From NCBI GenBank assembly GCA_963422735.1, contig OY730476.1, forward strand, positions 1-64,000: a stretch of 64,000 nucleotides of DNA, read 5' to 3'. The notes beneath the pieces were generated by a model, which saw only the letters and a program-made list of their open reading frames with translations, was not told the DNA's origin and made no database searches. Origin of the DNA: Candidatus Latescibacterota bacterium. Its GTDB lineage: Bacteria; Latescibacterota; UBA2968; UBA8231. The translations under genes and the position numbers were made by a program. Below, piece by piece: positions 10,351-19,294 of this stretch; position 1 is the stretch's first letter; the number at the start of each line of letters is the position of its first letter.

Positions 10351-10414
10351 TTGACAGCAAAGCGCTAAGTTGAGTACTGTTAGACAAAATAGCTAATGGT
10401 CAGACCATCGGCAA
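10351..10414. promoter_or_regulatory. Divergent sigma70 promoters with FadR-type operator ATGGTCAGACCAT (10396-10408)
   Basis: Palindrome with 6-bp arms lies in the 17-bp spacer of minus-strand TTGCCG..TATTTT; plus-strand TTGACA(10351)-18-TACTGT; matches TGGTnnnACCA FadR-subfamily boxes. Confidence 0.7.
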
Positions 10415-10435
10415 ATATTTTTCTACTATCCGCGA

Positions 10436-11194
10436 TTGAATACTTTGGCCCACCCTGCTAAGAAAGCCGCAGCCGCGGCCATGCGCCCGGTGCAGCGCAC
10501 GTCCGTAAGCGACGCGATCATCGCGCAGATAACGGACTTAATCGAGCGCAACGTTCTCAAGCCCGGCGACCGGCTGCCGCCGGAGCGGGAGCTGTGCAAG
10601 CGCTTTCAGGTTGGGCGCTCCTCGCTGCGCGAGGCCCTGCGCTCGCTGTCCATGATGGGCCTACTCGACGGCCGCGTAGGCGAGGGTACTTTTGTCTGCG
10701 ACAAGGACCAATACGTGGAGCGGGCGTTGCAGTGGGGGTTTTTGCTCGATGGCAAGAAGCTGCAAGACCTGAGTGAGACGCGGATGATGCTCGAGTCGCA
10801 AAACGCCTATTTGGCGGCCGAGCGGGCCACGCCTGCTGATTTAGAGGCCATTGCCGACGCGCTGGCCGGCATGGCCGGGGGGCTGGCCGACGAGGGGCGC
10901 TTTCTCGCCAGCGATTTGCAATTCCACCTGCTTATTGCCCGGGCCACGCACAATTCCATTCTCTACAGCTTGCTCGAAACCACGCGCAATTATCTACAAG
11001 AATGGATCAAGGAGAGCTTAGCCGAGCCGGCGCTGGCTGGCCCCCGAGCCGAACTTTCGCTGGCGGAGCACCACCAGATCTTGGCGGCCTTGCAGCGGCG
11101 GGATGCGGATGCGGCGCGGCAGGCGATGGCAGCACATATTCGGTCTAGCAGCGGGGATTTGCAGTGTACTAGCCGTCGATCAGGGTCCGGTTGA
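10436..11194 (+). CDS. GntR/FadR family transcriptional regulator
   Basis: LKPGDRLPPERELCKRFQVGRSSLREAL; FCD domain DLQFH..HN..EHHQI; start may be 10481. Confidence 0.92.
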   Translation: MNTLAHPAKKAAAAAMRPVQRTSVSDAIIAQITDLIERNVLKPGDRLPPERELCKRFQVGRSSLREALRSLSMMGLLDGRVGEGTFVCDKDQYVERALQWGFLLDGKKLQDLSETRMMLESQNAYLAAERATPADLEAIADALAGMAGGLADEGRFLASDLQFHLLIARATHNSILYSLLETTRNYLQEWIKESLAEPALAGPRAELSLAEHHQILAALQRRDADAARQAMAAHIRSSSGDLQCTSRRSGSG

Positions 11195-12206
11195 CGAACT
11201 CGGTGACGTCCTCGATGCGCCCCAACCCCGTTAAAATCAGGCTCTGGGCAATGCGCCGCGAGAGGCCGATGATGCGCTCGTCGTCGAGCCCGACCGGCTG
11301 GCGGCCGTCAGTCGCGCTCAATAGAAGACAGCCGAGATCGCGCACGGCTTGATGTTTGACTTCCTCGACCTTCTTGTAACTCGCGCTCTGAAAATAGCTG
11401 TTCCAGAATACATTGACGGCCTCTAGATAAGCGGCTTTTTGGGCGGTGTTCTGCATGGCCTTGATGCACATATCAGCCGTATAGAAGGCGAGGTCAAAGG
11501 TGGGATAGCCGTAGTGGGCAGTAGCGAAATCGACCCAGTAGGGATGGCCGTTGGCGACCCATATATTGCGGGGTCGCAGGTCGCCTAAGACGAGGCAAAA
11601 CCCCTCGTTGAGCAGGCGGTTGGTGTGGACGGCAATGGCCTTTTTGAGGTCGGGATAGGCGTTGGTGATATAGTTGTAGTGCGGGTTGATGCGCAGTTGC
11701 TCAAATGGCTTAGTGGCTGCGAACTCGGCCGCGACCTCAGGCGAGTCGGCCGTCTCGTTGTGGACAGTGGCCAGCAGTTCGCCGCACTGGACGGCGATTT
11801 GCAGGTCGATGCGGCCGTTGACCAAGTCGCCCTCCCACGATAGGGCATTGTGCGGGGGTGGGGTCGTCACGAGGATGAAGTTCGTGCGGTCTTCGAGCAA
11901 GACTTCCGGGAGGATCTCGGGAGCGAAGAGTTGCGCCAAGATCTCGATGCAGCTTTTCTCGGCAAAGATGCGCCGCCGGTCGATCCACCAGCGCTCCTTA
12001 ATTTGGACGCGCGAGTGCGCCTGCTTGACGATCCAAGTCCGATTGGAAGACTCCACGTAGTACACCCGGTTTTTCAGCCCGTCGCTCAAGCTCTGGACGC
12101 GGACCGGTCCCTCGTCGGCGAGCAGTTTCTTGCGTTGCAGATACTTGGGTATAGCCTGTTTCTCTAGTTGCAGATACTTGGGTGTAGCCTGTTTCTCTAG
12201 GTTCAT
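11169..12206 (-). CDS. APH/methylthioribose-kinase-like phosphotransferase
   Basis: WIVKQA, FEQLRINP, LGDLRPRNIW, VDF..AHYG.P.FDLA. Confidence 0.75.
   Translation of the reverse strand: MNLEKQATPKYLQLEKQAIPKYLQRKKLLADEGPVRVQSLSDGLKNRVYYVESSNRTWIVKQAHSRVQIKERWWIDRRRIFAEKSCIEILAQLFAPEILPEVLLEDRTNFILVTTPPPHNALSWEGDLVNGRIDLQIAVQCGELLATVHNETADSPEVAAEFAATKPFEQLRINPHYNYITNAYPDLKKAIAVHTNRLLNEGFCLVLGDLRPRNIWVANGHPYWVDFATAHYGYPTFDLAFYTADMCIKAMQNTAQKAAYLEAVNVFWNSYFQSASYKKVEEVKHQAVRDLGCLLLSATDGRQPVGLDDERIIGLSRRIAQSLILTGLGRIEDVTEFVNRTLIDG
12134..12199. repeat. 33-bp tandem duplication in kinase 5' end
   Basis: GTTGCAGATACTTGGGT(A/G)TAGCCTGTTTCTCTA x2, one mismatch. Confidence 0.9.
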
Positions 12207-12215
12207 CGGTTTCTC

Positions 12216-13103
12216 TCAAGAAGTAGTGGCGGTGGCAGCCCGCACCTGTTCGACTTGGCTAGCGGCGTGGTATGAGCTGCGCACTAGCGGGCCGGCCTCG
12301 CAGTGGCGAAAGCCCAAGCCGAGGGCGAAGCGTCGCCACTGCGCGAATTCGTCTGGGTGGACGAAGCGCTCTACGGGCACGTGGTGGGCGGACGGGCTTA
12401 GGTATTGGCCCAAGGTCAGAATGGCGCAGCCGACATCCGCTAGGTCTTGGATGCTCTCGGCTATTTCTCTTTTCGTCTCGCCCGCCCCCAACATCATGCC
12501 GGACTTGGTGGGGGCAGGACTCATCTTGCGGGCCCGGTCGAGGAGCTCCAGCGAGCGGCCGTACTGGGCTTGGGGGCGCATGGTGGGGTAGAGGCGAGGC
12601 GGAGTCTCGATATTGTGATTGAGGATGTCTGGGCTGACCGCAAGGACGGTGGCTAGGGCCTGCCAGTCACCTTTGAAGTCCGGGATTAGGACTTCGACGC
12701 TCGTCTCGGGGCAAAGGTTATGTACTGCCGAGATCGTCCGGGCGAAGATACGCGCCCCGCCATCTGGCAGTTCGTCGCGATTAACCGAGGTAATCACCGC
12801 GTGGTCTAGCCCGAGGCGAGCAATGGCAGCGGCGACGCGCTCAGGCTCGCCTTCGTCGAGCCTGAGGGGGCGGCCCGTCTTGATCGCGCAGAACCCGCAA
12901 CTGCGGGTGCAGACATCGCCCAAAATCATAAAGGTCGCCGTGCGCTGGCTCCAGCACTCGCCGATGTTGGGGCACTGGGCACTCTCGCACACCGTGTTTA
13001 GCTGTAAATCGGCGAGCAGGTTTTTTAGGGCGATGTAATTGGGGTGGCCCGGGGCTTTAGCCTTGAGCCAGGGTGGGAGTCGACGCTTGGAGTCAGATGC
13101 CAT
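12216..13103 (-). CDS. lipA: Lipoyl synthase
   Basis: CESAQCPNIGEC, CTRSCGFC, LVRSSYHA. Confidence 0.97.
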   Translation of the reverse strand: MASDSKRRLPPWLKAKAPGHPNYIALKNLLADLQLNTVCESAQCPNIGECWSQRTATFMILGDVCTRSCGFCAIKTGRPLRLDEGEPERVAAAIARLGLDHAVITSVNRDELPDGGARIFARTISAVHNLCPETSVEVLIPDFKGDWQALATVLAVSPDILNHNIETPPRLYPTMRPQAQYGRSLELLDRARKMSPAPTKSGMMLGAGETKREIAESIQDLADVGCAILTLGQYLSPSAHHVPVERFVHPDEFAQWRRFALGLGFRHCEAGPLVRSSYHAASQVEQVRAATATTS

Positions 13104-13167
13104 AAGACGGACGGGGAAAAGCTGTTATAAAAAGGAAAAAATATAATACGGCTCCGGCACACCAATA

Positions 13168-14385
13168 TCAAGGCTTGGTGGGCCCAGAGGCCAAGCATGT
13201 GCGGCACAGCCCGTACCACAGGCAGCCGAGGGGAATGAGTTTAGTGCTGCGATAGGCGATGGAAATGAGCGGCCCCCACGTGCGCTCGGGATCGATCGGC
13301 CCATAGGCCCCAGGCTCGATGTCGAAGAAGACAAAGGGCGTCGGCAGAGCGATGAAAGCGAATATCCACAAGAGCTTGGGAGAGCCTGAATGCGCGTACA
13401 AGCCCACGAGTACGGGCTGGAGAAAGACATAGTGGTGCTCCCAAACGTCTTTGTAAACAAGAAAAAAGGTACACATCCATAGCGCGAGCAGCGGCAAGGC
13501 GGTGCGACCGCGCACGGTGGCCACCAGTGCCACGACGAGGATGGCGGCCTGCGAGCAGTAGATGACCGTGCGGCCAGCGAGAGGGAGGTCGGCGAGGGTC
13601 GTCAGCTCGCCTAGTGGCCGCCCGGCTAGCTGGGCCGCGACGCTGACTAGCCCGCCTTGCAGCCCGAGATTGCCCGCGTGGGTGAGGGCGCCTTGGACGG
13701 GAGCGCTGTGGACATTGGCGGCGAAAAAGGCCGCCAAGCTATCTGGATGCAGGAGAAAGTAAGGCAGCGCAGTAAGTAAGCCGGTCAGCAGCCCTAAGAC
13801 GAGGACGCACCGGGCGCGGAGTTTCAGGAGTGCGGGGACGAGGATTAAGGCGTTGGGTTTGACTAAGAGGGCACCTGCCCAACAGAAGCTGGCCGTCCAT
13901 TTCCGGTCGTTGTGGAGGCCGACGATGAGCCAAAAGAGCAGCGAGGCCGACCAGAAGCTGACCTGCCCCATGTAGATTTCGAGAAAATAAGGAGAGAACG
14001 CCAGCCACATAAATAAGGCTAGGCCTCGGCGCGGCTCCTCGACCCACCGCCAGGTCAGATAGAGATTGGCCGCGAGGAAGATCTCGGTGAAGCAGAGGTG
14101 CAGGAAGTATGCAGTAAGGGGCTGAAGGTGGGCGAAAAGGCTGGCGACTAAGGCAAAGGCCGGCAGATAGCGAAAGCCGAAGGCACCCGACACCAAGTAG
14201 ATGTCGCGGCCTTCGACTAGGGCTTGGCCCGCCAAATAGAAAACCCCGAAATCAAAGCCGCGACGGGTGTGGGAGGCGTCGTTGAAAAGGGGCCGGAGGA
14301 GGTCGGTGCCGAGCGCGGCGAGGAAAAAGGCGTGAATTAAAAGGCCCGCGGCGAGGTAGGGAACAGGTCCTCTAAAGCGATTCAT
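13168..14385 (-). CDS. GT87/DUF2029-like polytopic membrane glycosyltransferase
   Basis: DFGVFY, FRYLP, GQV, LVKP, WEHHY; many TM segments; start uncertain (14385 or 14403). Confidence 0.7.
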   Translation of the reverse strand: MNRFRGPVPYLAAGLLIHAFFLAALGTDLLRPLFNDASHTRRGFDFGVFYLAGQALVEGRDIYLVSGAFGFRYLPAFALVASLFAHLQPLTAYFLHLCFTEIFLAANLYLTWRWVEEPRRGLALFMWLAFSPYFLEIYMGQVSFWSASLLFWLIVGLHNDRKWTASFCWAGALLVKPNALILVPALLKLRARCVLVLGLLTGLLTALPYFLLHPDSLAAFFAANVHSAPVQGALTHAGNLGLQGGLVSVAAQLAGRPLGELTTLADLPLAGRTVIYCSQAAILVVALVATVRGRTALPLLALWMCTFFLVYKDVWEHHYVFLQPVLVGLYAHSGSPKLLWIFAFIALPTPFVFFDIEPGAYGPIDPERTWGPLISIAYRSTKLIPLGCLWYGLCRTCLASGPTKP

Positions 14386-14407
14386 GCCGCCGCAAGAGTA
14401 CAAGCTC

Positions 14408-16330
14408 CTACTGGATATCGCTGATGCCGTCTTCTTGGGCGATGGAGTCTTCTTCTGGTGCGCCTATTTCTCCTTTGTCGAACCACATCTGGTATTCGCT
14501 CGGGTCGTCGATGATGCGGCGCGCCTCCAGCACTTGGGGATCCACGGTGACATTGTATGCTTCGGCCACTTGCCCTCCAAATGCCTTCTCGAGGATGTCG
14601 AAGGTAAGCTGCCAAGCGATGAGCTCTCCGTTCTCCTGCCAGTGTTTTTCCTCGATTTTGTCGATTTCGTTGATCAGGCCGCTGAGCGGCTTGGCGAGCT
14701 GGTTGTACTCCTCGTCTTCGGCGACCTTGTCCAATTTCTCGACTTGGGCTTCGAGTTCACTGATGTAGTCGAACCCGCGGTTTTCGGCAAAGGCGCGGAA
14801 GGCCGCTAGATCCTCTGGGCCGACGACGAAGCCTGGAGTTAGGTCTGGGTAGTTGAGCCGATGCTCGCGGGCGTAGTAGAAGAATTGATTGTTGAGGCTG
14901 TAGAAGCCTTTGAGCTGTCCGTAGAGGCGGCTGCCGATGCGCCCGAGCATCTCGATGTCTGGAGTGATGCCGCCGCCGCCGCGGACGATGCGCTCGAGCA
15001 GGAGGGTTTTGAACGCCTTGTCGTACCCGCGAACGAGGGTGGAGTCCTTGCGCATGCGCTTGTCGATGGAGCGGCCCGAAGGCGTGTGCCAAGCGGCCAT
15101 GGTCAGCTTGAGTTCGGCGCGGTCGTTGATGGGGACGACCTGCTGAACAGATCCCTTGCCCACTGTCGTAGTCCCCAGCACCAGCCCGCGATCCCAGTCT
15201 TGGATGGCACCAGCGACGATCTCGGACGCCGAAGCGGACTGGCGATTGACTAAGACGATGAGAGGCGTGTCGTGCAGTAGGGCGTCCTCGCGGGTGAAGT
15301 ACTTAGTGGTATCTTTGAAAGCGCGACCCGCGGTAAAGACTATGAGGCGGTCGCGTGGCAGGAATAGATCGGCAATCTGCACGGCTTCTTCGAGGTATCC
15401 GCCGCCGTTGTCGCGCAGGTCGAAAATCAACCGCTTCATGCCTTGTTCCTCTAGTTCGACGATGGCGTTGAACAGTTCCCGGCTCGATCCCTTTTGGAAT
15501 CTTTTGAGCTTGATATAGCCGATGTCGTCTGGAAAGAGGGTGGCAAGGGGAACGCTGTTCATCTGCACTTCTTGGCGTTCGATCGTCAGGTCAAAAGGAG
15601 TGGGGCGGTCGGCGCGCTCTAGGGTTAGGGTCACGGGGGTGCTAGGCTCGCCGCGCATGCTGTCGGCGGCCGCGCCGGCAGACATGCCCTTGGTGGAAGT
15701 GTTGTTGATCGCGGTGATGAGATCGCCCGACTTGACGCCAGCTAGGGCCGCCGGAGTCTGGTCGTGCAGGAGGCTCCATACAGCAATCGCGCTGTCGGGA
15801 TAGACGACTTGGATGCGGAAGCCTAGCCCCCCGTATTTGCCTTGGGTCTGGATGTTGAAATTGTCGAGGTTGCGCCTTTCCAAAAACACCGAATAGGGGT
15901 CGAGAATTTCCATCATCCCGGCGATACCAAAGCGGATTAGCGTGTCCGCGGCAACGGGATAAAAGGCATTCTCGTCGATGGCTTGGGCCATCTGCATGAG
16001 GGTGTAGAGGCGGTGATTTAGTTGCCTTGCGGTGCCCTCGCCCTCGAACTGGGCGCGGCCGTTGAAGGTGTATTCCGAGGCTGGATCCAAGGAGTTGAAT
16101 ATCCCGCGCGCAGCCGCCTGCACGAGGGAATCGGGATGCGCTTCTTCAAAGTAGTACTGATGAATGGTCTGGGCTGTCTTCCACAACAGGGCTTTGTATT
16201 CGTCTTCAACGGAGCGCTCGGCCCGCAGGTTGGAAGCGGACGCGACGAGGGCGAGCAGCAGCGAAATGTGCAAAATGGACAAGCGACACTCCTTGGTCAG
16301 TGAGGCGTACTGAACTGCTATTAAGGACAT
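14408..16330 (-). CDS. S41 carboxy-terminal processing protease
   Basis: LDPYS, PDZ domain, DLRDNGGG, SASASEIVAGA, GKGSVQ; start approximate. Confidence 0.9.
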   Translation of the reverse strand: MSLIAVQYASLTKECRLSILHISLLLALVASASNLRAERSVEDEYKALLWKTAQTIHQYYFEEAHPDSLVQAAARGIFNSLDPASEYTFNGRAQFEGEGTARQLNHRLYTLMQMAQAIDENAFYPVAADTLIRFGIAGMMEILDPYSVFLERRNLDNFNIQTQGKYGGLGFRIQVVYPDSAIAVWSLLHDQTPAALAGVKSGDLITAINNTSTKGMSAGAAADSMRGEPSTPVTLTLERADRPTPFDLTIERQEVQMNSVPLATLFPDDIGYIKLKRFQKGSSRELFNAIVELEEQGMKRLIFDLRDNGGGYLEEAVQIADLFLPRDRLIVFTAGRAFKDTTKYFTREDALLHDTPLIVLVNRQSASASEIVAGAIQDWDRGLVLGTTTVGKGSVQQVVPINDRAELKLTMAAWHTPSGRSIDKRMRKDSTLVRGYDKAFKTLLLERIVRGGGGITPDIEMLGRIGSRLYGQLKGFYSLNNQFFYYAREHRLNYPDLTPGFVVGPEDLAAFRAFAENRGFDYISELEAQVEKLDKVAEDEEYNQLAKPLSGLINEIDKIEEKHWQENGELIAWQLTFDILEKAFGGQVAEAYNVTVDPQVLEARRIIDDPSEYQMWFDKGEIGAPEEDSIAQEDGISDIQ

Positions 16331-16353
16331 TCTATGGACGGGCCAGTACCGCG

Positions 16354-17103
16354 TCAAGCAGTGCGCCGCCTGTACGCGAGGGACAAGCCGCGGAGTACGA
16401 GGTCTGGATCGCAAGTGTGGACCGCGGCGATATGCGGCTGGAGCAGAGGGGCATCGCCGCCGGTGAGAAAGATTGCGACGGGGCTGTCTAAAGCCGTGGC
16501 CATGCGCGCACAGAGGCCCTCGACGAGCGCGGCCGACCCGTGCAGAGCCCCCGAGCACAGACCGTCCATGGTGTTTTTGCCTAGCAGGGGCGTTGTGGGT
16601 ACTAGCTCGACTTGGGGCAAGAAGCTGGTGCCTGAGCTGAGGGCGTTTAATCCGAGGCGCAGCCCTGGGGCAATGGTGCCGCCGCGGAAGGTGCCCTCGG
16701 CATCGATGGCATCGACCGTTAGTGCGGTGCCGGCATCGACGACCACAGCCGCTTGGCCGGCCGGGGTTGCGCGATGGGCGGCCGCGGCCGCGGCGAGGCG
16801 GTCAACGCCAATCCGAGCGGGGTCGTCGTAGTCGATGCACAAGCCCCAATCCCACGCGCTGCTCGCTTGGAGAACGGGGCCAGAGGAGAAGTCGCGACAC
16901 ACCCCTGCGTACGCGGCTCCCAATTCCGCGACGACCGACCCGATGACCACGCCGACTGGAGGTGTGGCAAGCGGTGCAAGCAGGCGTTGTAAGCCTCCAT
17001 TGGTCGGGGGGGCCGTGGGGCATTTGTGGTGAAAAACGGGCGCGTCGTCGGCCAAAAGACCGATGTCGATGCAGGTGTTGCCGATGTCGATGGCCAAGAG
17101 CAT
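16354..17103 (-). CDS. coaX: Type III pantothenate kinase
   Basis: AIDIGNT, GVDR, VDAGTA.T.D, GGTIAPG, LTGGDA, LVLRGL. Confidence 0.95.
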   Translation of the reverse strand: MLLAIDIGNTCIDIGLLADDAPVFHHKCPTAPPTNGGLQRLLAPLATPPVGVVIGSVVAELGAAYAGVCRDFSSGPVLQASSAWDWGLCIDYDDPARIGVDRLAAAAAAHRATPAGQAAVVVDAGTALTVDAIDAEGTFRGGTIAPGLRLGLNALSSGTSFLPQVELVPTTPLLGKNTMDGLCSGALHGSAALVEGLCARMATALDSPVAIFLTGGDAPLLQPHIAAVHTCDPDLVLRGLSLAYRRRTA

Positions 17104-17223
17104 AAGGGAATTTGGCGATTGACTTTCCGCCGCGGCGTCTATAATTTAGCTAAGTTTAACTCAAACAATATTCAATACCTACGTCTCAAAAGTTGCTAGC
17201 AGCCTAGAAGGATAATAGCGAAT

Positions 17224-18231
17224 ATGTTGGGTAGGTGCCGTACCTTTATCGTCATTTCCCCCCGCGATGGTCGGATTCGCGAGTATAGTTTTTTCCCTCG
17301 CATCTTATGTCTGATCCTGTTGGGAGGACTGGGTTTTGTGGGGGTGCTTGGTTACTACACCTATGCACAGGGTTTTTATCAGCCGGGCGATCAGAAGGCT
17401 CTGCTGGCCTTGCAGGACGAAAACAAAACCCTCCTGTACAGCTTAGGGCAGACCCACGAAGAAGTGCAGCAGCTCGGGGAGGCCATGGATCAGCTCAAGG
17501 CCACTGAAGACAGATTGCGCGCCCACCACGAGATGGAACCGCTCGCTGCGGATCGAGAACCGGGCGGCGTCGGGGGCGTGGAGGATTTGTCCAAGGAGTT
17601 CACGTCCCTGCCGCCCCAAAAGCAGCTCATGATGCGCGAGCTGAGCGTGCGCATCGACCACTTGAAGCGGATGGTCAATCTACAGGCCGAGAGCTTTGAG
17701 GAAATCGAGCGCAAATTTGAAGAGACCAACGTCCAATACCTGCCTACGATTTTACCGGTTCACGAGGGGAGGACATGGCGGTCGTCGCCCTTTGGGTGGC
17801 GCATTGACCCCTTTACCGGGCGTCGGGCCTTCCACAGCGGCGTCGATTTCGCCGGCCGCAAGGGTATGCCTATCTACGCGCCGGCCCATGGCTTTGTAAG
17901 CTATGTCGCGAAGGATAAATACCTCGGCAATACGATTATTATCGATCATCGGAAAAAGGAACTCGACGAGCAGGGCCAGCCCTACGTGCGCCAAGGCGGC
18001 TACCAGACCGAATACGGCCACTTGGAAAAAATCATGGTCAAGCAGGGGCAGCAGGTAAAGCGCGGGCAGCAGATTGGGACGATGGGTAGCACGGGCCGCT
18101 CGACCGGCCCCCACTTGCACTACGCGGTGCGCTTGCGGGACCACCAGTTGGGCAAGCACCGAGGATACCAGAATCCAGAAGACTTCATCTTCGACAACAA
18201 TGGGGACGATATGTGGGCCGCAGGCGAGTGA
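17224..18231 (+). CDS. M23 family metallopeptidase with TM and coiled coil
   Basis: FHSGVD, YGHL, GRSTGPHLHY. Confidence 0.92.
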   Translation: MLGRCRTFIVISPRDGRIREYSFFPRILCLILLGGLGFVGVLGYYTYAQGFYQPGDQKALLALQDENKTLLYSLGQTHEEVQQLGEAMDQLKATEDRLRAHHEMEPLAADREPGGVGGVEDLSKEFTSLPPQKQLMMRELSVRIDHLKRMVNLQAESFEEIERKFEETNVQYLPTILPVHEGRTWRSSPFGWRIDPFTGRRAFHSGVDFAGRKGMPIYAPAHGFVSYVAKDKYLGNTIIIDHRKKELDEQGQPYVRQGGYQTEYGHLEKIMVKQGQQVKRGQQIGTMGSTGRSTGPHLHYAVRLRDHQLGKHRGYQNPEDFIFDNNGDDMWAAGE

Positions 18232-18350
18232 GTCAAACGCCTCATTCTCCGATCGCACGGTAGGAGCCAACTTCTACCAATACCAAGCATATCGAGACCG
18301 GTCCGCAGCTAGCGAGCGCGGGCCGGTCTCTTTTTTAGGAGCACAGCCGC

Positions 18351-18800
18351 ATGAGCACACCTATTGAAGGCAAGGTAGCCGCCATTATCGACGACACAAC
18401 CCTGGTACTCAATGTCGGTAGCGAGCAGGGCGTCGAGGAGGGCATGGTCTTTGCCATTTTCGCCTTGCACGGGGAGATCGAGGACCCAGACAGCGGGCAG
18501 CCGCTGGGTCGCTGGGAAGTGGTCAAGGCGCGGGTGGTCGCCACCCACGTGCAGGCCCGCCTGTGTACAGTGCGCGCTCCGGTCGTCGGCGAGGCACCGG
18601 TGGTAGGCGATACCCGGCCGTTGAGCGCGATGATGGTCGAGCACTCGGTGGCCCGCGCCTCGGGCCAAGAGCAGCGGCAGCGGCTGGAGGTGCAGGGGGG
18701 CGATGTCCGGGGGCGGCCCCAGAACCAGCCCATTGCCGTGGGCGACGGAGCGCGGTCGCTGGTGCCGGCCGAGGACGATGCGAGCGAGTCAGACGATTAG
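18351..18800 (+). CDS. Hypothetical beta-barrel protein (FlgT C-terminal-like)
   Basis: RBS AGGAG; VLNVGSEQGVEEGM, IEDPDSGQPLG, IAVGD. Confidence 0.65.
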   Translation: MSTPIEGKVAAIIDDTTLVLNVGSEQGVEEGMVFAIFALHGEIEDPDSGQPLGRWEVVKARVVATHVQARLCTVRAPVVGEAPVVGDTRPLSAMMVEHSVARASGQEQRQRLEVQGGDVRGRPQNQPIAVGDGARSLVPAEDDASESDD

Positions 18801-19278
18801 AGCCGCGCTGGCCGCGCTCTGTATCGGGGGGTGCGTTTACTACTCGACCTCCGGCGGCCTGCTGGGCGGCATCCGCAGCATTGGCATCCCCGTGGCCGAC
18901 AACCAGACCTCGGAGTTTGCCGTGGCCGAGCGCCTGACTGAACGCGCCATTGAGGCCTACGCCGAGGACGGCCAGTTGCGGGTAGTTGACGAAGAGAGCG
19001 CCGATGCCCTCTTGCAGCTCAACGTGATCTCAATTGAGGACCGCCCCTTTACTTATACGACGGCCGAGCAGACCGAGCAGTACCGGTTTGCAGTCTTGGT
19101 GGCGGCCGAACTGGTGAGGGTGGAGGATGGGGAGGTGTTGTTGGCGTTGGCCGAGGAAGAGGGATGGGGAACCTATGATGCCGCGTTGGCCGAGGAAGAG
19201 GGACGGGATCCAGCGGTGGATCGGGCACTGGACATGGTGCTAGAGGATTTGGTGGATCGGACGACGGCGGGGTGGTAG
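18778..19278 (+). CDS. LptE-family lipoprotein
   Basis: Lipobox-like IGGC; SIGIPVADNQT; ADALL; C-terminal LVDRTTAGW. Confidence 0.7.
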   Translation: MRASQTIRAALAALCIGGCVYYSTSGGLLGGIRSIGIPVADNQTSEFAVAERLTERAIEAYAEDGQLRVVDEESADALLQLNVISIEDRPFTYTTAEQTEQYRFAVLVAAELVRVEDGEVLLALAEEEGWGTYDAALAEEEGRDPAVDRALDMVLEDLVDRTTAGW

Positions 19279-19294
19279 TCAGTCCACGGCAAAG

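Noticed and set aside
10345-10435. Cobalamin riboswitch before the corrinoid operon
   Set aside because: Region is too short and has no B12-box; explained by promoters and operator
16331-16558. N-terminal extension of the S41 protease ORF
   Set aside because: Overlaps coaX and is Arg/Pro-rich nonsense; the signal-like segment starts after 16330
17119-17145. Sigma70 promoter TTGACT..TATAAT for the M23 gene
   Set aside because: Spacer is only 15 bp; not supportable
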